Source of the DNA: Truepera sp.
GTDB lineage: Bacteria > Deinococcota > Deinococci > Deinococcales > Trueperaceae
DNA length: 64,000 bases
Assembly: GCA_965218435.1 (NCBI GenBank)
Contig: CBDCKW010000009.1
Location: 1,632,001 to 1,696,000 of the forward strand
Direction: 5' to 3'
Shown here: positions 1 through 11,575 of the stretch, one piece after another
Position numbering within the stretch: position 1 is the stretch's first letter
Layout: every line of letters starts with the position of its first letter
Made by a program: the position numbers and the translations under genes
The notes under the pieces: model-generated
Database searches by the model: none
What the model was told of the DNA's origin: nothing
What the model saw: only the letters and a program-made list of their open reading frames with translations

Positions 1-571
1 AGCCCGACCCCGCGCCGCCCATCGCGTCGTGCGCCAGCGTGCCGGTAAAGGTGCGGAGGAGGTCGAGGTCAACCAGTTCCGCAAGCGCGTCGTAGTAGGC
101 GCTGCGAATCTCGAGCGCCTCAACCGCGTGCTTTTTTTCGTCAAAGGTCTTGACGTCGTCCGGGCCGGTTTCCGCAACGCGGGCGCTTACGTCTCCGTAA
201 ATGTCTTGAGTCGCCGTGCCGCCATACGGCCCCTTGAGCTTAAAGCCGCTGTAGGGCGGCGGATTGTGCGACGCGGTGAGCATGACGCCGCCGCCGAGAG
301 CGAGGTGCTTGACGGCAAACGAAAGTGTGGGGGTCGGCAAGTACGCGTCTGCTAGAAGTACCCGAACGTCGTTGGCGGCAAAAACCTCAGCCACGCGCCG
401 CGCGAAGAGCGCCCCGTTAAACCGGGTGTCATAACCCACCGCGACGCTCGGCGTGCCTTGGTCGTGCAGATACGCGGCGTAAGCCTGCGCGACTCTCGAG
501 ACGTTCGTAAAAGTAAAACGTTCGCCGATAAGGTCACGCCAGCCGTCAGTGCCAAAAATCAGTGTGTCCAT
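1..571 (-). CDS. Phosphoglucomutase/phosphomannomutase family protein (5' part; runs off window start)
   Basis: Not in ORF track. Manual translation from ATG at 571 gives MDTLIFGTDGWRDLIG...VGYDTRF...VMLTASHNPP..GFKLK, containing the FGTDG and TASHNP motifs. Confidence 0.9.
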   Translation of the reverse strand, partial: MDTLIFGTDGWRDLIGERFTFTNVSRVAQAYAAYLHDQGTPSVAVGYDTRFNGALFARRVAEVFAANDVRVLLADAYLPTPTLSFAVKHLALGGGVMLTASHNPPPYSGFKLKGPYGGTATQDIYGDVSARVAETGPDDVKTFDEKKHAVEALEIRSAYYDALAELVDLDLLRTFTGTLAHDAMGGAGSG

Positions 572-688
572 ATATAGAGTCCTCTCGAGCTGCTAAGTTA
601 AAGCTGAACACCGCGCAGCGCGGGCAAGTTTTACGAGCATACCAAGCTGTAACAAAATAGTCAGGCCGGAAATACCTCGAGCTTTTGC

Positions 689-1522
689 TTGTTTATGGGG
701 AGCGCCGTGTGTCATGGTGAACAGGTGTCTGGTAAGCAAATCTTTAGCCCCATTGTTTTTAACCCTGTTGTCTTTAATCCTGTTGTCATCAAATACGGGG
801 GCAACGCGATGACCGACCCGCAACTGCGCCGCCAGATGGCCGCTGAAATCGCCCGCATCCCCGGCGCGGTCGTCGTACACGGGGGCGGGCCGTTTATCGG
901 GGCGGCGCTGGCAGCAGCTGGCTTAGAGAGCCGGTTTGTCCGGGGTTTACGGGTGACCGACACGGCGAGTTTACCTGTCATCGAGCGCACGCTGACCTTA
1001 CTCGGAAAAGAGCTGGCGCAGGCATTCGGGCGCGGCGTCGGCTTGACCGGGCGGGACGCAGGGCTGCTAGTGGCTGAGACGTTTGACGCGGCGCTCGGGC
1101 AGGTCGGTAAGGTGACGGCGGTCAACTATGAGTTACTCACAGGTTTTTTGGACTTGGGGCTGGTCCCGGTCGTCGCGTGTCTGGCGGTGGACGCTCGAGG
1201 CGACGCACTTAACGTCAATGCGGACGACGCTGCGGGTGCCGTCGCCGGGGCTTTAGGTGCGCCCATCATCTTTTTAAGCAATATCCCAGGCGTCTTGGAT
1301 GACCCGGCAGACCCGGACAGCCTAATCACCACCTTGCACGAAAAAGACATTCAGGCGCGGATCGAGGACGGACGTATTTCAGGGGGCATGATTCCTAAAG
1401 TCGAGGCGGCGCTGAGCGCACTTTCAGCCGGGGCTCCTTTTGCCATCATCGCGGACGGGCGCAAACCGGAAGACTTAGCGGCGACCCTTAAAGGAACATG
1501 TGGGACTCGAGTGATCAAATAG
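689..1522 (+). CDS. argB: Acetylglutamate kinase (true start possibly GTG 725)
   Basis: VIKYGGNAM, VVHGGGP, GLRVTD, NVNAD, GGMIPKV motifs. Confidence 0.93.
   Translation: MFMGSAVCHGEQVSGKQIFSPIVFNPVVFNPVVIKYGGNAMTDPQLRRQMAAEIARIPGAVVVHGGGPFIGAALAAAGLESRFVRGLRVTDTASLPVIERTLTLLGKELAQAFGRGVGLTGRDAGLLVAETFDAALGQVGKVTAVNYELLTGFLDLGLVPVVACLAVDARGDALNVNADDAAGAVAGALGAPIIFLSNIPGVLDDPADPDSLITTLHEKDIQARIEDGRISGGMIPKVEAALSALSAGAPFAIIADGRKPEDLAATLKGTCGTRVIK
743..787 (+). repeat. 3 x 15-bp imperfect tandem repeat in argB 5' end (FSPIV/FNPVV/FNPVV)
   Basis: tttagccccattgtt tttaaccctgttgtc tttaatcctgttgtc. Confidence 0.8.
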
Positions 1523-1549
1523 GGTGGTACGCTGGGCTGATGCAACCTC

Positions 1550-2785
1550 ATGATGGCTAAAAACGTGTCGGCAGATACTCTGGTCGTCGGCTCGGGTCCG
1601 GCGGGGTTAGCAGCGGCGGCGCACCTGGGCGAGGCGGGGCTCCGCGTCGTCGGCGTCTCCCCCGACCCGGACGCGGCTTGGCCGAACACCTACGGCGTTT
1701 GGGTAGATGAGGTCGCGCCGCTCGGTTACGAACCTTTTTTGGCGCATGTTTGGAACGATACGGTGGGCGATTTCGGACAAGGCGAGGTTACGCTGGGGCG
1801 AACCTACGGACGGTTTAATAATTGCAAGTTACAAAAATATCTTTTAGCGCGGTGTGAAGCTGCTGGAGTTGTCTGGCAGCAGGGCCTTGTCGCGGCAGTT
1901 GAGCACAAAGTAAAAAGCTCGAGCCTCACCACTACGGGCGGCCACACATATTCAGCACGCCTTATCATTGACAGCAGCGGCCACTTTCCCAAACTCGTGT
2001 CACGTCCCGCTGGTGACCCTGCCTTTCAAACCGCCTACGGCGTATTGGGACGGTTTTCTGCGCCGCCGGTCAAACCGGGTCAGATGCTCCTGATGGACTT
2101 TCAAGACGATTTTTTAACTCCTGCCGAACGCAGCACACCAACCTTCCTCTACGCGATGGATTTGGGCAACGGGCTTTTTTTTGCTGAAGAGACCTCTTTA
2201 GCGCACCGGCCCGGTTTAGGGCTGGCGGTGCTGAAGGGGAGGCTCGAGCGCCGCTTAGCTCATTACGGTATTTGTATCACCGAAGTTTCGGAAGAAGAGC
2301 ACTGCCGCTTTCCGATGAACGTACCGCTGCCCGACCTGACGCAGCGCACCGTCGGGTTTGGCGGCGCAGCGAGCATGGTGCACCCGGCGTCCGGCTACCT
2401 GATGGCGTCTACGCTTCGGCGAGCACCGGAATTAGCGACAGCGGTCGCGCAGACTTTAGAACAGGGCGCTCCACCGGAGCAAGTAGCGGCGACGGCGTGG
2501 AGAGCACTTTGGCCTAAAGAGAGGGTACGGGCGCGTGAACTGTATCTGTTTGGGCTCGAGTCCCTGCTGACGTTAGACAGCGCCCAGCTTAAAGACTTTT
2601 TCGGTGCATTTTTTAACCTCTCCCCTGAGCTGTGGCAGGGTTATCTATCGGGTACACATGGTGCGGGCGGCGTTGCCAAGACCATGACTGCCATGTTTCA
2701 GCACGCCCCTAACAGCGTCCGCTTGCCGCTGCTTCGCGCGTCTTTCGGTCCGACGCGTACGCACCTCATCCGGGCGTTATGCTAA
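1550..2785 (+). CDS. crtL: Lycopene beta-cyclase family protein (CrtL type)
   Basis: GSGPAG dinucleotide fold, W.NTYGVW.DE, PTFLYAM, FAEETSL, GGAASMVHPASGY. Confidence 0.85.
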   Translation: MMAKNVSADTLVVGSGPAGLAAAAHLGEAGLRVVGVSPDPDAAWPNTYGVWVDEVAPLGYEPFLAHVWNDTVGDFGQGEVTLGRTYGRFNNCKLQKYLLARCEAAGVVWQQGLVAAVEHKVKSSSLTTTGGHTYSARLIIDSSGHFPKLVSRPAGDPAFQTAYGVLGRFSAPPVKPGQMLLMDFQDDFLTPAERSTPTFLYAMDLGNGLFFAEETSLAHRPGLGLAVLKGRLERRLAHYGICITEVSEEEHCRFPMNVPLPDLTQRTVGFGGAASMVHPASGYLMASTLRRAPELATAVAQTLEQGAPPEQVAATAWRALWPKERVRARELYLFGLESLLTLDSAQLKDFFGAFFNLSPELWQGYLSGTHGAGGVAKTMTAMFQHAPNSVRLPLLRASFGPTRTHLIRALC

Positions 2786-2902
2786 CGAGGTTTTGGCCTA
2801 AGTTCTGACGTTAGGCCAAGCATCTAAAGCTCTGTATAGACGACCTGATCCATGTGATATGGACGAACGTCTCGAGGAGACGAACTCGGTATCGTACCCA
2901 TT

Positions 2903-4084
2903 ATGACGACCATCCGCCAACGCGTCGTGGTAAATTACGAGTTTCCGGTGCATTTTACCCACGACCTTTTTTCCCTACAAAATCCGCTGCTGGCCCAAAC
3001 GCTGCTGGCGGACGCTGACACGACACTCGGCACTGCCGACCCCAAACGCGTTTTAGTTATTTTAGATGAAGGGTTTGTCCAGTATCATCCGGACGTACCG
3101 GAGCAGCTTGAAGCGTATTTCGCCCGGTACAGCGGGCTTACGTTGGTCACCACACCGCTCATTGTGGCCGGTGGCGAAAGGGCGAAAAACACGCCTGAGA
3201 ACGTTATCCGGCTTCAACAAGCGGTAGAACACTACGGCATTGACCGGCACTCATTTGTGATCGCAGTCGGCGGTGGGGCGCTCCTCGATATGGTCGGCTA
3301 CGCCGCTGCAACCTCTCACCGTGGGGTGCGGCTCGTGCGGGTACCGACGACCGTACTATCTCAAAACGATTCAGCAGTCGGCGTTAAAAACGGCGTCAAC
3401 GCGTTTGGCAAAAAGAACTTTTTAGGAACGTTTGCACCACCCTACGCGGTCCTTAATGACCTGAACTTTTTAGAGACGTTAGCGCAGCGCGATTGGGTCG
3501 GCGGGCTCTCTGAGGCAATCAAGGTCTCACTCCTTAAAGATGCCGAGTTTTTTGGGTTTTTAGAGGCGAACGCCTCGAGTCTCAAAACCCGTGACCAAGC
3601 GGCCATAGAGCACGCCGTCGTTCGCTGCGCCGAGCTTCACTTAGAGCACATTGCGACCAGCGGCGACCCGTTCGAGTTTGGGTCATCGCGGCCGCTCGAC
3701 TTCGGTCACTGGGCCGCGCACAAGCTCGAGGCCCTCACCTCGTATCAACTTCGGCATGGTGAGGCCGTGGCCGTCGGCATCGCGTTAGACAGCACCTACT
3801 CGCACCTGTCGGGTTTGCTCAGCGAAACGGACTTGAGGCGTATCTTGAACGTCTTTCACGAGCTGGGCTTGCCGACGTTTGTCCCTGAACTCTCGAGCCC
3901 CGACATCATCCGGGGTATCGGCGAGTTCCGCGAGCACTTGGGCGGACAGCTCACCATCATGCTTTTAGAAGGCGTCGGACGCGGCGTCGAGGTTCACGAA
4001 CTTGACGAAACGCTCGTGCAGCGTGCCGTACAGCAGCTAAAGGAGGAAAGATGGACACCGACGTTCGCAGCAGTTGCCCACTAG
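2903..4084 (+). CDS. eboD: 3-dehydroquinate-synthase-like sugar phosphate cyclase, EboD type
   Basis: [57 protein letters not shown]; eboB- and eboE-like genes follow. Confidence 0.82.
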   Translation: MTTIRQRVVVNYEFPVHFTHDLFSLQNPLLAQTLLADADTTLGTADPKRVLVILDEGFVQYHPDVPEQLEAYFARYSGLTLVTTPLIVAGGERAKNTPENVIRLQQAVEHYGIDRHSFVIAVGGGALLDMVGYAAATSHRGVRLVRVPTTVLSQNDSAVGVKNGVNAFGKKNFLGTFAPPYAVLNDLNFLETLAQRDWVGGLSEAIKVSLLKDAEFFGFLEANASSLKTRDQAAIEHAVVRCAELHLEHIATSGDPFEFGSSRPLDFGHWAAHKLEALTSYQLRHGEAVAVGIALDSTYSHLSGLLSETDLRRILNVFHELGLPTFVPELSSPDIIRGIGEFREHLGGQLTIMLLEGVGRGVEVHELDETLVQRAVQQLKEERWTPTFAAVAH

Positions 4085-4361
4085 GGCAGCGGGAGCTGAT
4101 TGACCGCTACTTTATGGAACACCGCAATCAGGTGTTGGCGATTGCCGCCTTCTTAGACCGGATGGACCGCTCCGCCGACAAAAATGCCGCCGCCGAGTTT
4201 CGTTTCGTGGCGCTTAAAAAGGCGCTCCGAGAACTCGACACCGACGACTTCGGCCGCGCCGAACGTGTGCAACTTCTGCTGAGCGACCTCGACACCTCGC
4301 TATTAGACGAGCGCGACCAACAGGGTGCCTACGGCGCACCGATTCGGGGAGGGAGCGAAGG

Positions 4362-4365
<4 letters not shown>
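4051..4365 (+). CDS. Small hypothetical protein coupled to eboD and eboB
   Basis: AGGAGG RBS before ATG; overlaps both neighbours; [21 protein letters not shown]. Confidence 0.75.
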
Positions 4366-5225
<860 letters not shown>

Positions 5226-5349
5226 AAAATCTGGTACTTGCTGACGGAAATATCGGCTATTCTCGAGTCGTTGATAGCTCGAGGAAGTTTGACCTGTTAA
5301 AGATAGATGAAATGCAGATGAAGGTATATGTGCGCTCCTGAAATGGGAC

Positions 5350-6789
5350 TCAATTTCTATTACCATTAGCTTTTTGAGCGTTCTCGAGTATCTCTTTGAC
5401 TAAATCGTTCCAGATGCCTTCCACTCTTATCTTTACTCGCGTCTCAAGCGACGGACTTACATTTGGAACAAGCTCTGAAGCACGTACGGACATCATTTCT
5501 GTTTTTTCTGGAAAAGATTTTTCGTTTTGAGCGAAAACAATAATGTCATCGCCTTTACTGTCACTTAGTGGGATTTCACAGTAAATAGAACTTCTCAGTG
5601 TGGTGTTGCTTAGCAGTTTTGTAGTTTGCAAATGTATTGCAATAACAGGTGCAAATTCGTTCTGCTGTTGAGGAACCCTATAACCATCAGATGGTGACAC
5701 TCTTCCAGACGAATTCACAACTATTACTTTGAGATGAGAAGAGGAATGCAATGTATTGACTCTCTTTAGCTCTTCTTTAACAATGCTGAGCAGTGTCTGC
5801 GCTGCTTCGTCCATCTGCTCTTGAGAAATATTATCTTTGGTATATGATAGTGCTTCTAAGCTCTTTAGTGATTCGTTGGCGGCAAGTGTTTGTGCTGTTT
5901 TGATACTATCCTCGACCAACTTTATAGTATCCAAGGAACATTCAAAAATAAAGTCTATAAAAGCTGCGAAATTTCCTCTATCAGCTTCCTCTAGTGCGTC
6001 GAGGTAGGCTCGGCGCTTTTCTACAAGGATGAGTAGCGGAATAGAAGCTGCCCGGTATGTATATACAGCTGCAAGAGCACGTGCTACCCGTCCGTTTCCA
6101 TCCGCGAAAGGATGGATACACACAAATGCGTAATGGACGTATGAAGCTTGAAGAACTGGATGAGCTTTTTGGAACACATCGTTTTGGAGTTCATCAGTTA
6201 GCTTTTGCATTTCCATTGGTGTCACTTCGACAGGAGCATAGGCATGAGCTGTACCATCCAACTTTTGTGGATGGTTTGGGTAGATTTTATACTTACCTTT
6301 TTCTAAAGGAACATTTTGCAACTGTCCAAATTGGTTGTAGGTCTGGTATACCTCCTGATTTCTACAAATAATTTCATGAAGCTCACGAATACGTGTCTGC
6401 GTCATCAATTCCTTCTGCGTTGCTAGGTCTAGAACATATTCGTACGCCTCGAGTTGAGCCTTTACGAGCTCAGTGGCTTTATGCCCTTTCTTCTCTTCAA
6501 AGACGGTTTGCCAGAGAGCTCCCTCAGCAGCTACAGAAAAGGTGAAGCCTCTATCGGTTTCATAAAGTCCTTCAAGCGCACCTGTGTCAATAGCTGTTGC
6601 CGTTTGGATAGTTTGCAGTGCTTTTGACATAAGATCGCTATATTTGCTTCTTTTCTCCTCTAGAGCTGCCTTATATTTTTCCCAACGAGTAGTGCTGAAA
6701 GAGGTCTGTTGCCACTCCGAGAAGGATGGAAATGACTTATAAAGAGCGTTCAATTCGTATACGTTAATAAATTGTCTATTTTCGTCCAT
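5350..6789 (-). CDS. Fic-domain protein with extra C-terminal domain; AT-rich
   Basis: HPFADGNGRVAR Fic motif; N-terminal TGALEG fits the (S/T)xxxE(G/N) inhibitory motif. Confidence 0.9.
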   Translation of the reverse strand: MDENRQFINVYELNALYKSFPSFSEWQQTSFSTTRWEKYKAALEEKRSKYSDLMSKALQTIQTATAIDTGALEGLYETDRGFTFSVAAEGALWQTVFEEKKGHKATELVKAQLEAYEYVLDLATQKELMTQTRIRELHEIICRNQEVYQTYNQFGQLQNVPLEKGKYKIYPNHPQKLDGTAHAYAPVEVTPMEMQKLTDELQNDVFQKAHPVLQASYVHYAFVCIHPFADGNGRVARALAAVYTYRAASIPLLILVEKRRAYLDALEEADRGNFAAFIDFIFECSLDTIKLVEDSIKTAQTLAANESLKSLEALSYTKDNISQEQMDEAAQTLLSIVKEELKRVNTLHSSSHLKVIVVNSSGRVSPSDGYRVPQQQNEFAPVIAIHLQTTKLLSNTTLRSSIYCEIPLSDSKGDDIIVFAQNEKSFPEKTEMMSVRASELVPNVSPSLETRVKIRVEGIWNDLVKEILENAQKANGNRN

Positions 6790-6933
6790 ATATCATTATC
6801 TTAATTCGACGCTAAGGATTAGCGCGCTTTTGGCTGACTGTAGGCTAGTATACTAGATACACCACTAAAGGTCAGACCCTTTCGCCAGCCTTTCTGTCTC
6901 GGAGGTTGAGTTTTTGCGCTAAGCTCAAGACCC

Positions 6934-7000
6934 ATGATGCTTAAAAACGGTCTCCACCTCACTTACTGTTCTGACATTCACCCGGCTCGAGGCTACGCAG
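6934..7000 (+). pseudogene. Decayed copy of eboE 5' end (about codons 1-21)
   Basis: MMLKNGLHLTYCSDIHPARGY vs intact [20 protein letters not shown]; 14-nt identity cacctcacttactg at 6955 and 8116. Confidence 0.75.
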
Positions 7001-7114
7001 CGGCAAACTACCTGGCGCAAGCAGACGCTGGAAGCAGGGTAACAGCCTACAGACGTAAGACGAGAGTTCGCGTCTAATGCTCTATAGCTTGATACGCTAC
7101 AAAGATGGGGGCAT

Positions 7115-7486
7115 ATGAAACATAAATTTAGTTTAGCGGTGCTTGTGCTACTCCTTACAGCCTGTACGCCGAGCCTTAACTTACAGGTGGGTTTGCCCGA
7201 ACTGACCGGACCCGGTTTTCGCGTCGCCCTTAGTGCCAGCGCCACAACAGGTCCTGCGCCGCTGACCGCCGAGTTCACCGCCGACGTTCAGGAAAGTGCG
7301 AGCTACGCCTGGTACGTCGACGACCGAAAGCTCAGTAGAAAGCAGCGCCTACTCACCTATACGTTTAGAGAAGCGGGCAGCTACCGCGTGACGGTCGCAG
7401 CGACCAATACAGTTGGTGAAACCGATACCGATACCGTCACGGTCGAGGTTGTAGACGCCGAAGACGTGACGGCCGAATCCCTCTGA
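7115..7486 (+). CDS. PKD-domain lipoprotein
   Basis: Lipobox LTAC; GPAPLT..F, Y.W, TYTF.EAGSY.VTV pattern. Confidence 0.8.
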   Translation: MKHKFSLAVLVLLLTACTPSLNLQVGLPELTGPGFRVALSASATTGPAPLTAEFTADVQESASYAWYVDDRKLSRKQRLLTYTFREAGSYRVTVAATNTVGETDTDTVTVEVVDAEDVTAESL

Positions 7487-7559
7487 CCGACCTCGAGCGA
7501 AGTACGTGCTGTAAGCAGTCTAGGAAAGGCAAAACCCACCGTTTTTGCCCTTCCCCGCT

Positions 7560-7622
7560 CTGCTAAAGACTTCGCTGAAGTTTGGGAGAGCCTTAAAGTA
7601 TCCCTCTCGAGACGCGCCCCTT
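7560..7622 (+). pseudogene. Second decayed eboE fragment (about codons 16-45, with internal deletion)
   Basis: AKDFAEVWESLK-VSLS..gacgcgccc vs ebo[13 protein letters not shown][QHALPLK]ASLSPDAP. Confidence 0.7.
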
Positions 7623-7689
7623 GGCGGCGGTAGCTACGAACAATTGTCCATGCACTCAGGAATAGCGTAACGGCTTACTATAGAGGTCT

Positions 7690-8094
7690 ATGGAAATGGC
7701 CAACCAAGCGTTGATAGACAGAGCAGCAGCCGTAGTTAGAGCCAAACATATCGGAACGTATCTTGTTGGCGACGTGGGGTGTGCGCTTGTTGCTGAAAGT
7801 GGCGCAGTCTATACCGGCGTGTGCATTGACGTGACCTGCGGTATCGGCTTTTGTGCCGAACACAGCGCGATTGCGGCGATGGTTACGGCAGGTGAGTACG
7901 CGATCAAAAAAATTGTAGCCGTTTGGAAAGATGAAGCGGGCGCTGTCTTCGTCATTCCACCTTGTGGACGCTGCCGTGAGTTTATACGCCAGATTCAGAA
8001 CGGCGCGTTAGATACCGAGGTCATTTTAGCCAAAGACAAAGTTGAGACGCTGGCTGCACTCATCCCCTATCCGGGCGAGTTCCAACAGGTCTAA
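7690..8094 (+). CDS. Cytidine deaminase family protein
   Basis: FCAEHSA and PCGRCRE zinc-binding motifs. Confidence 0.88.
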   Translation: MEMANQALIDRAAAVVRAKHIGTYLVGDVGCALVAESGAVYTGVCIDVTCGIGFCAEHSAIAAMVTAGEYAIKKIVAVWKDEAGAVFVIPPCGRCREFIRQIQNGALDTEVILAKDKVETLAALIPYPGEFQQV

Positions 8095-8097
8095 CTT

Positions 8098-9282
8098 ATG
8101 AAATTAGGTCAAAGTCACCTCACTTACTGCACCAATATCCACCCCGCAAAGGGTTTTCCCGAAGTCTGGGAGAGCCTAAAACAGCACGCGCTACCGCTTA
8201 AAGCGTCCCTCTCACCGGACGCGCCCTTCGGGATTGGGCTGCGACTTTCCGGCGACGAGAGCCGGGAACTGTTGGAGGGCAACACGCTCACCGAGTTCAA
8301 ACGCTGGTTAGACGAACACGGTCTCTACGTCTTTACGATGAACGGCTTTCCCTACGGCCCTTTTCACGGCGAAGCGGTTAAAGCGCAGGTTCACGCCCCG
8401 GATTGGCGGACTGACGAACGGGTCGCTTACACCTTGCGGCTGGCACAGATTTTGGCCGTGCTGCTACCTGAGGGTGTCACGGGCGGTATCTCGACAAGTC
8501 CGCTGTCGTACAAGGCGTGGGTAGACGAAGACGCGGCGACGTGGCGGCATTTGACCGAAAACGTCGTCAAAGTCGCTGCATATTTGGCTGAGTTGCACGC
8601 CGAACGGGGGGTGATGATTCATTTGGACCTCGAGCCCGAACCCGACGGTTTGCTGGAAAATATGGCTGAACTCGCCATGTTTTTTGAACCCTGGTTGCTT
8701 TGTGACGGGGCTGAGATGCTTGCCGAGCGGTTGGCTATTTCGGTAGCAACAGCGAAGGAGACACTACTCGAGCACATTCAGGTCTGTTTCGATACCTGCC
8801 ACGTTGCGCTCGCTTACGAAGACCCGGCGGACGTGCTGACGCGGCTTCAGAAGCTGGGAATTCGCGTCGGCAAGGTGCAGCTGAGTTCGGCGCTCGAGCT
8901 GACCCTACATAATTCTGACGAAACAAAACGGGTGTTAGGACCATTTAACGAACCTGTCTATCTGCATCAGGTGATTCAAGAAGCTGGTAACGGTGAGCTG
9001 AGGCGTTTTCCCGATCTGCCGAACGCACTCGCTGCGCTGCCGCAAGGCGAAGGCGACCGCTGGCGTGTTCACTTTCACGTGCCGGTTTTTTTAGACCGTA
9101 CCGAAGCGTTCAGCACGACACAAGAGACGATCTTAAAAACCTTAGCGTTGCACCGTCAAACACCTTTGACCGAGCATTTTGAAGTCGAGACTTACACCTG
9201 GAGCATCTTACCGGACGCGCTTAAACTCGAGCTTACCGCCTCGATCGAGCGCGAACTCAGGTGGGTGCAGCGTGTTTTTTAG
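8098..9282 (+). CDS. eboE: EboE (TIM-barrel sugar-phosphate isomerase-like)
   Basis: [50 protein letters not shown]. Confidence 0.88.
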   Translation: MKLGQSHLTYCTNIHPAKGFPEVWESLKQHALPLKASLSPDAPFGIGLRLSGDESRELLEGNTLTEFKRWLDEHGLYVFTMNGFPYGPFHGEAVKAQVHAPDWRTDERVAYTLRLAQILAVLLPEGVTGGISTSPLSYKAWVDEDAATWRHLTENVVKVAAYLAELHAERGVMIHLDLEPEPDGLLENMAELAMFFEPWLLCDGAEMLAERLAISVATAKETLLEHIQVCFDTCHVALAYEDPADVLTRLQKLGIRVGKVQLSSALELTLHNSDETKRVLGPFNEPVYLHQVIQEAGNGELRRFPDLPNALAALPQGEGDRWRVHFHVPVFLDRTEAFSTTQETILKTLALHRQTPLTEHFEVETYTWSILPDALKLELTASIERELRWVQRVF

Positions 9283-9474
9283 ACTGCTAAACGTGTCACA
9301 TCATTTCCATGATACCGTTCCCGAATTAGGGGCAAATCAATTGAGGCTAACCCTGTCGGCAAAAGGATTCCATAGCCTCTGTAAACTCGGAATTAAATGA
9401 AGACAGCATTTTGCTGAGGCTCCCACGAGCACTAATGTTGCAATTTGTAGAAGTAAGTAGTAATGTAGTCCTAC

Positions 9475-10020
9475 ATGATGAAACAGGTACAGGAATTATT
9501 GCGTGAACTCAAGCTAGATGACGAAGGAAATTTTTACAATCCACAGGTCAGGAATATCTTAGCTCGCTTTGCAGATGAGGGTGATGTAGACGCATTAGAA
9601 GCAGCAAGCGCCCTCCGGTCAGCCGCACATGCTCTCGAGCGATTGCGGTCTCGCGGAGCTGAGGGCCGCGGCGTGAGCGCCGGAGCTATGGACATCTTGT
9701 TACGGCTTGGCTTAGGGAACGACGAAGCGATCAGTATCACCGAGCTTGCAAAGTCGCTAGGGGTAAGCCCGCGCAACGTTACGGGGTTGACCGATACCCT
9801 AGAGCGAGGTGGCTTGGTAGAACGTACCTCTGACCCACACGACCGGCGCTCTGTCTTAGTCCAGATTACGCCTGCCGGAAACGAAACGGTGAGAGCCTTA
9901 CGAGCGCCGACCCAGCTTGCGATGAGCGCGTTGTTTCAAGACTTTACCGATGCCGATTTAGCCCAGTTCCGCCACCTCTGCCTGCGCCTAGTCAACCATG
10001 CTACGTCTATGGAACGGTAA
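9475..10020 (+). CDS. MarR-family transcriptional regulator
   Basis: ELAKSLGVS..NVT...D.LE..GLV.R...DRRSVLV.IT. Confidence 0.9.
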   Translation: MMKQVQELLRELKLDDEGNFYNPQVRNILARFADEGDVDALEAASALRSAAHALERLRSRGAEGRGVSAGAMDILLRLGLGNDEAISITELAKSLGVSPRNVTGLTDTLERGGLVERTSDPHDRRSVLVQITPAGNETVRALRAPTQLAMSALFQDFTDADLAQFRHLCLRLVNHATSMER

Positions 10021-10038
10021 CGGAGAGGAGACGGAACG

Positions 10039-10419
10039 ATGGCGAAGGCAAAAACCCACGAAGAACTTGTTAAACGCTACCACAAGCACCGAAGTCGGGG
10101 AGATATGGCGCTCGCCGGTGCTTGCCTTGCCGACGATTTCAGCTTCACCAGCCCGTTAATGAGCTTCACCAAGGTGTCGGAACATGTGGCCGCACTCACT
10201 GCTTTTCAGCAAATGGTGGTCGGCTATGACATGATCAGTGAGTTGTACGGCGATGCAGAGGCAATTCTCGTCTATGATCTCCGGACTGCTACCCCAGTCG
10301 GGAGCCAGCGCACGGCTGAACACTTCCGGCTTACAGGCGATAAAATCTCTTCTATTATGATGATTTTCGACGCCACGAACTGGCGTCCGCGTATGGGGGC
10401 GCTCGCCCGTGACCGCTAG
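10039..10419 (+). CDS. SnoaL/NTF2-like protein
   Basis: LADDFSFTSP, AEHFRL.GDKI.SI..IFD; GGAG RBS. Confidence 0.8.
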   Translation: MAKAKTHEELVKRYHKHRSRGDMALAGACLADDFSFTSPLMSFTKVSEHVAALTAFQQMVVGYDMISELYGDAEAILVYDLRTATPVGSQRTAEHFRLTGDKISSIMMIFDATNWRPRMGALARDR

Positions 10420-10452
10420 CTTCACGGCTTCATTGGAAAACGGTATCTCCTC

Positions 10453-11187
10453 ATGTCTTTTTCAACTAAACCTGAGCCACTCTTTAAGCGACCGCTCGAG
10501 CTAAACGGGGGCGTTTATCAAGCACTTGCGGGACGCCCCCACGTCCCACTCGCGCAGAGCAGCAACTTTTTACCGCTGACTGCGGCGGTGTACGAACCAC
10601 TGTGGCGGATACGGTCGCTGTCGCTTCTAACCGGGGGAAGTTTTAGCACGGTGCGCGAACTAGAGCTGATGCTCGCTTGGCTTAAACCCAAACCGGGTGA
10701 ACGCATCTTAGACGCCGCCGCTTCGGGTGGGCTTTACGCCCGGACACTTTTAGCACACACGCCGGGGCTCGAGGTTCACGAAGTTGATTACAGCCCCGCG
10801 TTTCTCAACCAAGCTCAGCAGTACGCCAAACGTGACGGCGTTGAGCCCATCTTTGTTCGGGCCGATGTGCGCGTGCTCCCCTACCGCGACGCCGTATTTG
10901 ACGCGCTCGTCTGCGGCGGTTCACTCAACGAGTTTACCGATCTGCCGCAAACCCTCACCGAGTTTGCACGGGTGCTCAGACCGGACGGGAAGATGTGGCA
11001 GATGTATATTACCAAGGCGCAGAACTGGCCGGGACGGTTGGGGCAGGGCCTGATCAGGCTTTCGGGACTGCGGTTTATTGAGCCTAATAAGCTGGAACGC
11101 GAGGCGCAAAAAGTGGGGTTTGGGCTCGAGCAAGCCCAGTACCGGGGACCCATAGCCTTAGCCTTATTTCGGCTCACGAGACCTTAA
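10453..11187 (+). CDS. Class I SAM-dependent methyltransferase
   Basis: ILDAAASGG, ADVRVLPY.D..FD, RVLRPDG. Confidence 0.85.
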   Translation: MSFSTKPEPLFKRPLELNGGVYQALAGRPHVPLAQSSNFLPLTAAVYEPLWRIRSLSLLTGGSFSTVRELELMLAWLKPKPGERILDAAASGGLYARTLLAHTPGLEVHEVDYSPAFLNQAQQYAKRDGVEPIFVRADVRVLPYRDAVFDALVCGGSLNEFTDLPQTLTEFARVLRPDGKMWQMYITKAQNWPGRLGQGLIRLSGLRFIEPNKLEREAQKVGFGLEQAQYRGPIALALFRLTRP

Positions 11188-11260
11188 TGACAGCTAAAAT
11201 TGTGTGCATTGTTGCAATAGAATTGTAGGTTGTGTCATACTGTGAGCAAGCAGCAAACGC

Positions 11261-11530
11261 TTGAGGGAGGAGAAAATAGTGAATTTCATCTTGTGGCTGA
11301 TTATCGGGGCGCTGGCCGGTTGGATTGCTAGCTTAATCATGAAGACTAACGCCGAGCAAGGCTTACTGCTCGATATTGTCGTTGGTATTATCGGCGCTTT
11401 CATCGGCGGCTGGGTTGTAAGCTTTTTCGGCGTCAACGCCAACGCTAACTTGGTAGTTAGTTTAATTACCGCAGTTATCGGCGCTGTCATCTTGCTAGCT
11501 ATCGTCAAAGCTGTTCGCAGAAGCACCTAA
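11261..11530 (+). CDS. GlsB/YeaQ/YmgE transglycosylase-associated membrane protein (start probably GTG 11279)
   Basis: IIGALAGWIAS..M, DIVVGIIGAFIGG, AVIGAVILL. Confidence 0.9.
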   Translation: MREEKIVNFILWLIIGALAGWIASLIMKTNAEQGLLLDIVVGIIGAFIGGWVVSFFGVNANANLVVSLITAVIGAVILLAIVKAVRRST

Positions 11531-11550
11531 GAGAGACGCTCTAAAGCTCG

Positions 11551-11575
11551 AGCCTGGACTTGTCCGGGCTTTTTT
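11551..11575 (+). terminator. Intrinsic terminator
   Basis: agcctggac-tt-gtccgggct followed by a T run. Confidence 0.8.

Noticed and set aside
2903..4084. Calling this gene housekeeping aroB
   Set aside because: Sequence motifs and the eboB/eboE context indicate the EboD subfamily.
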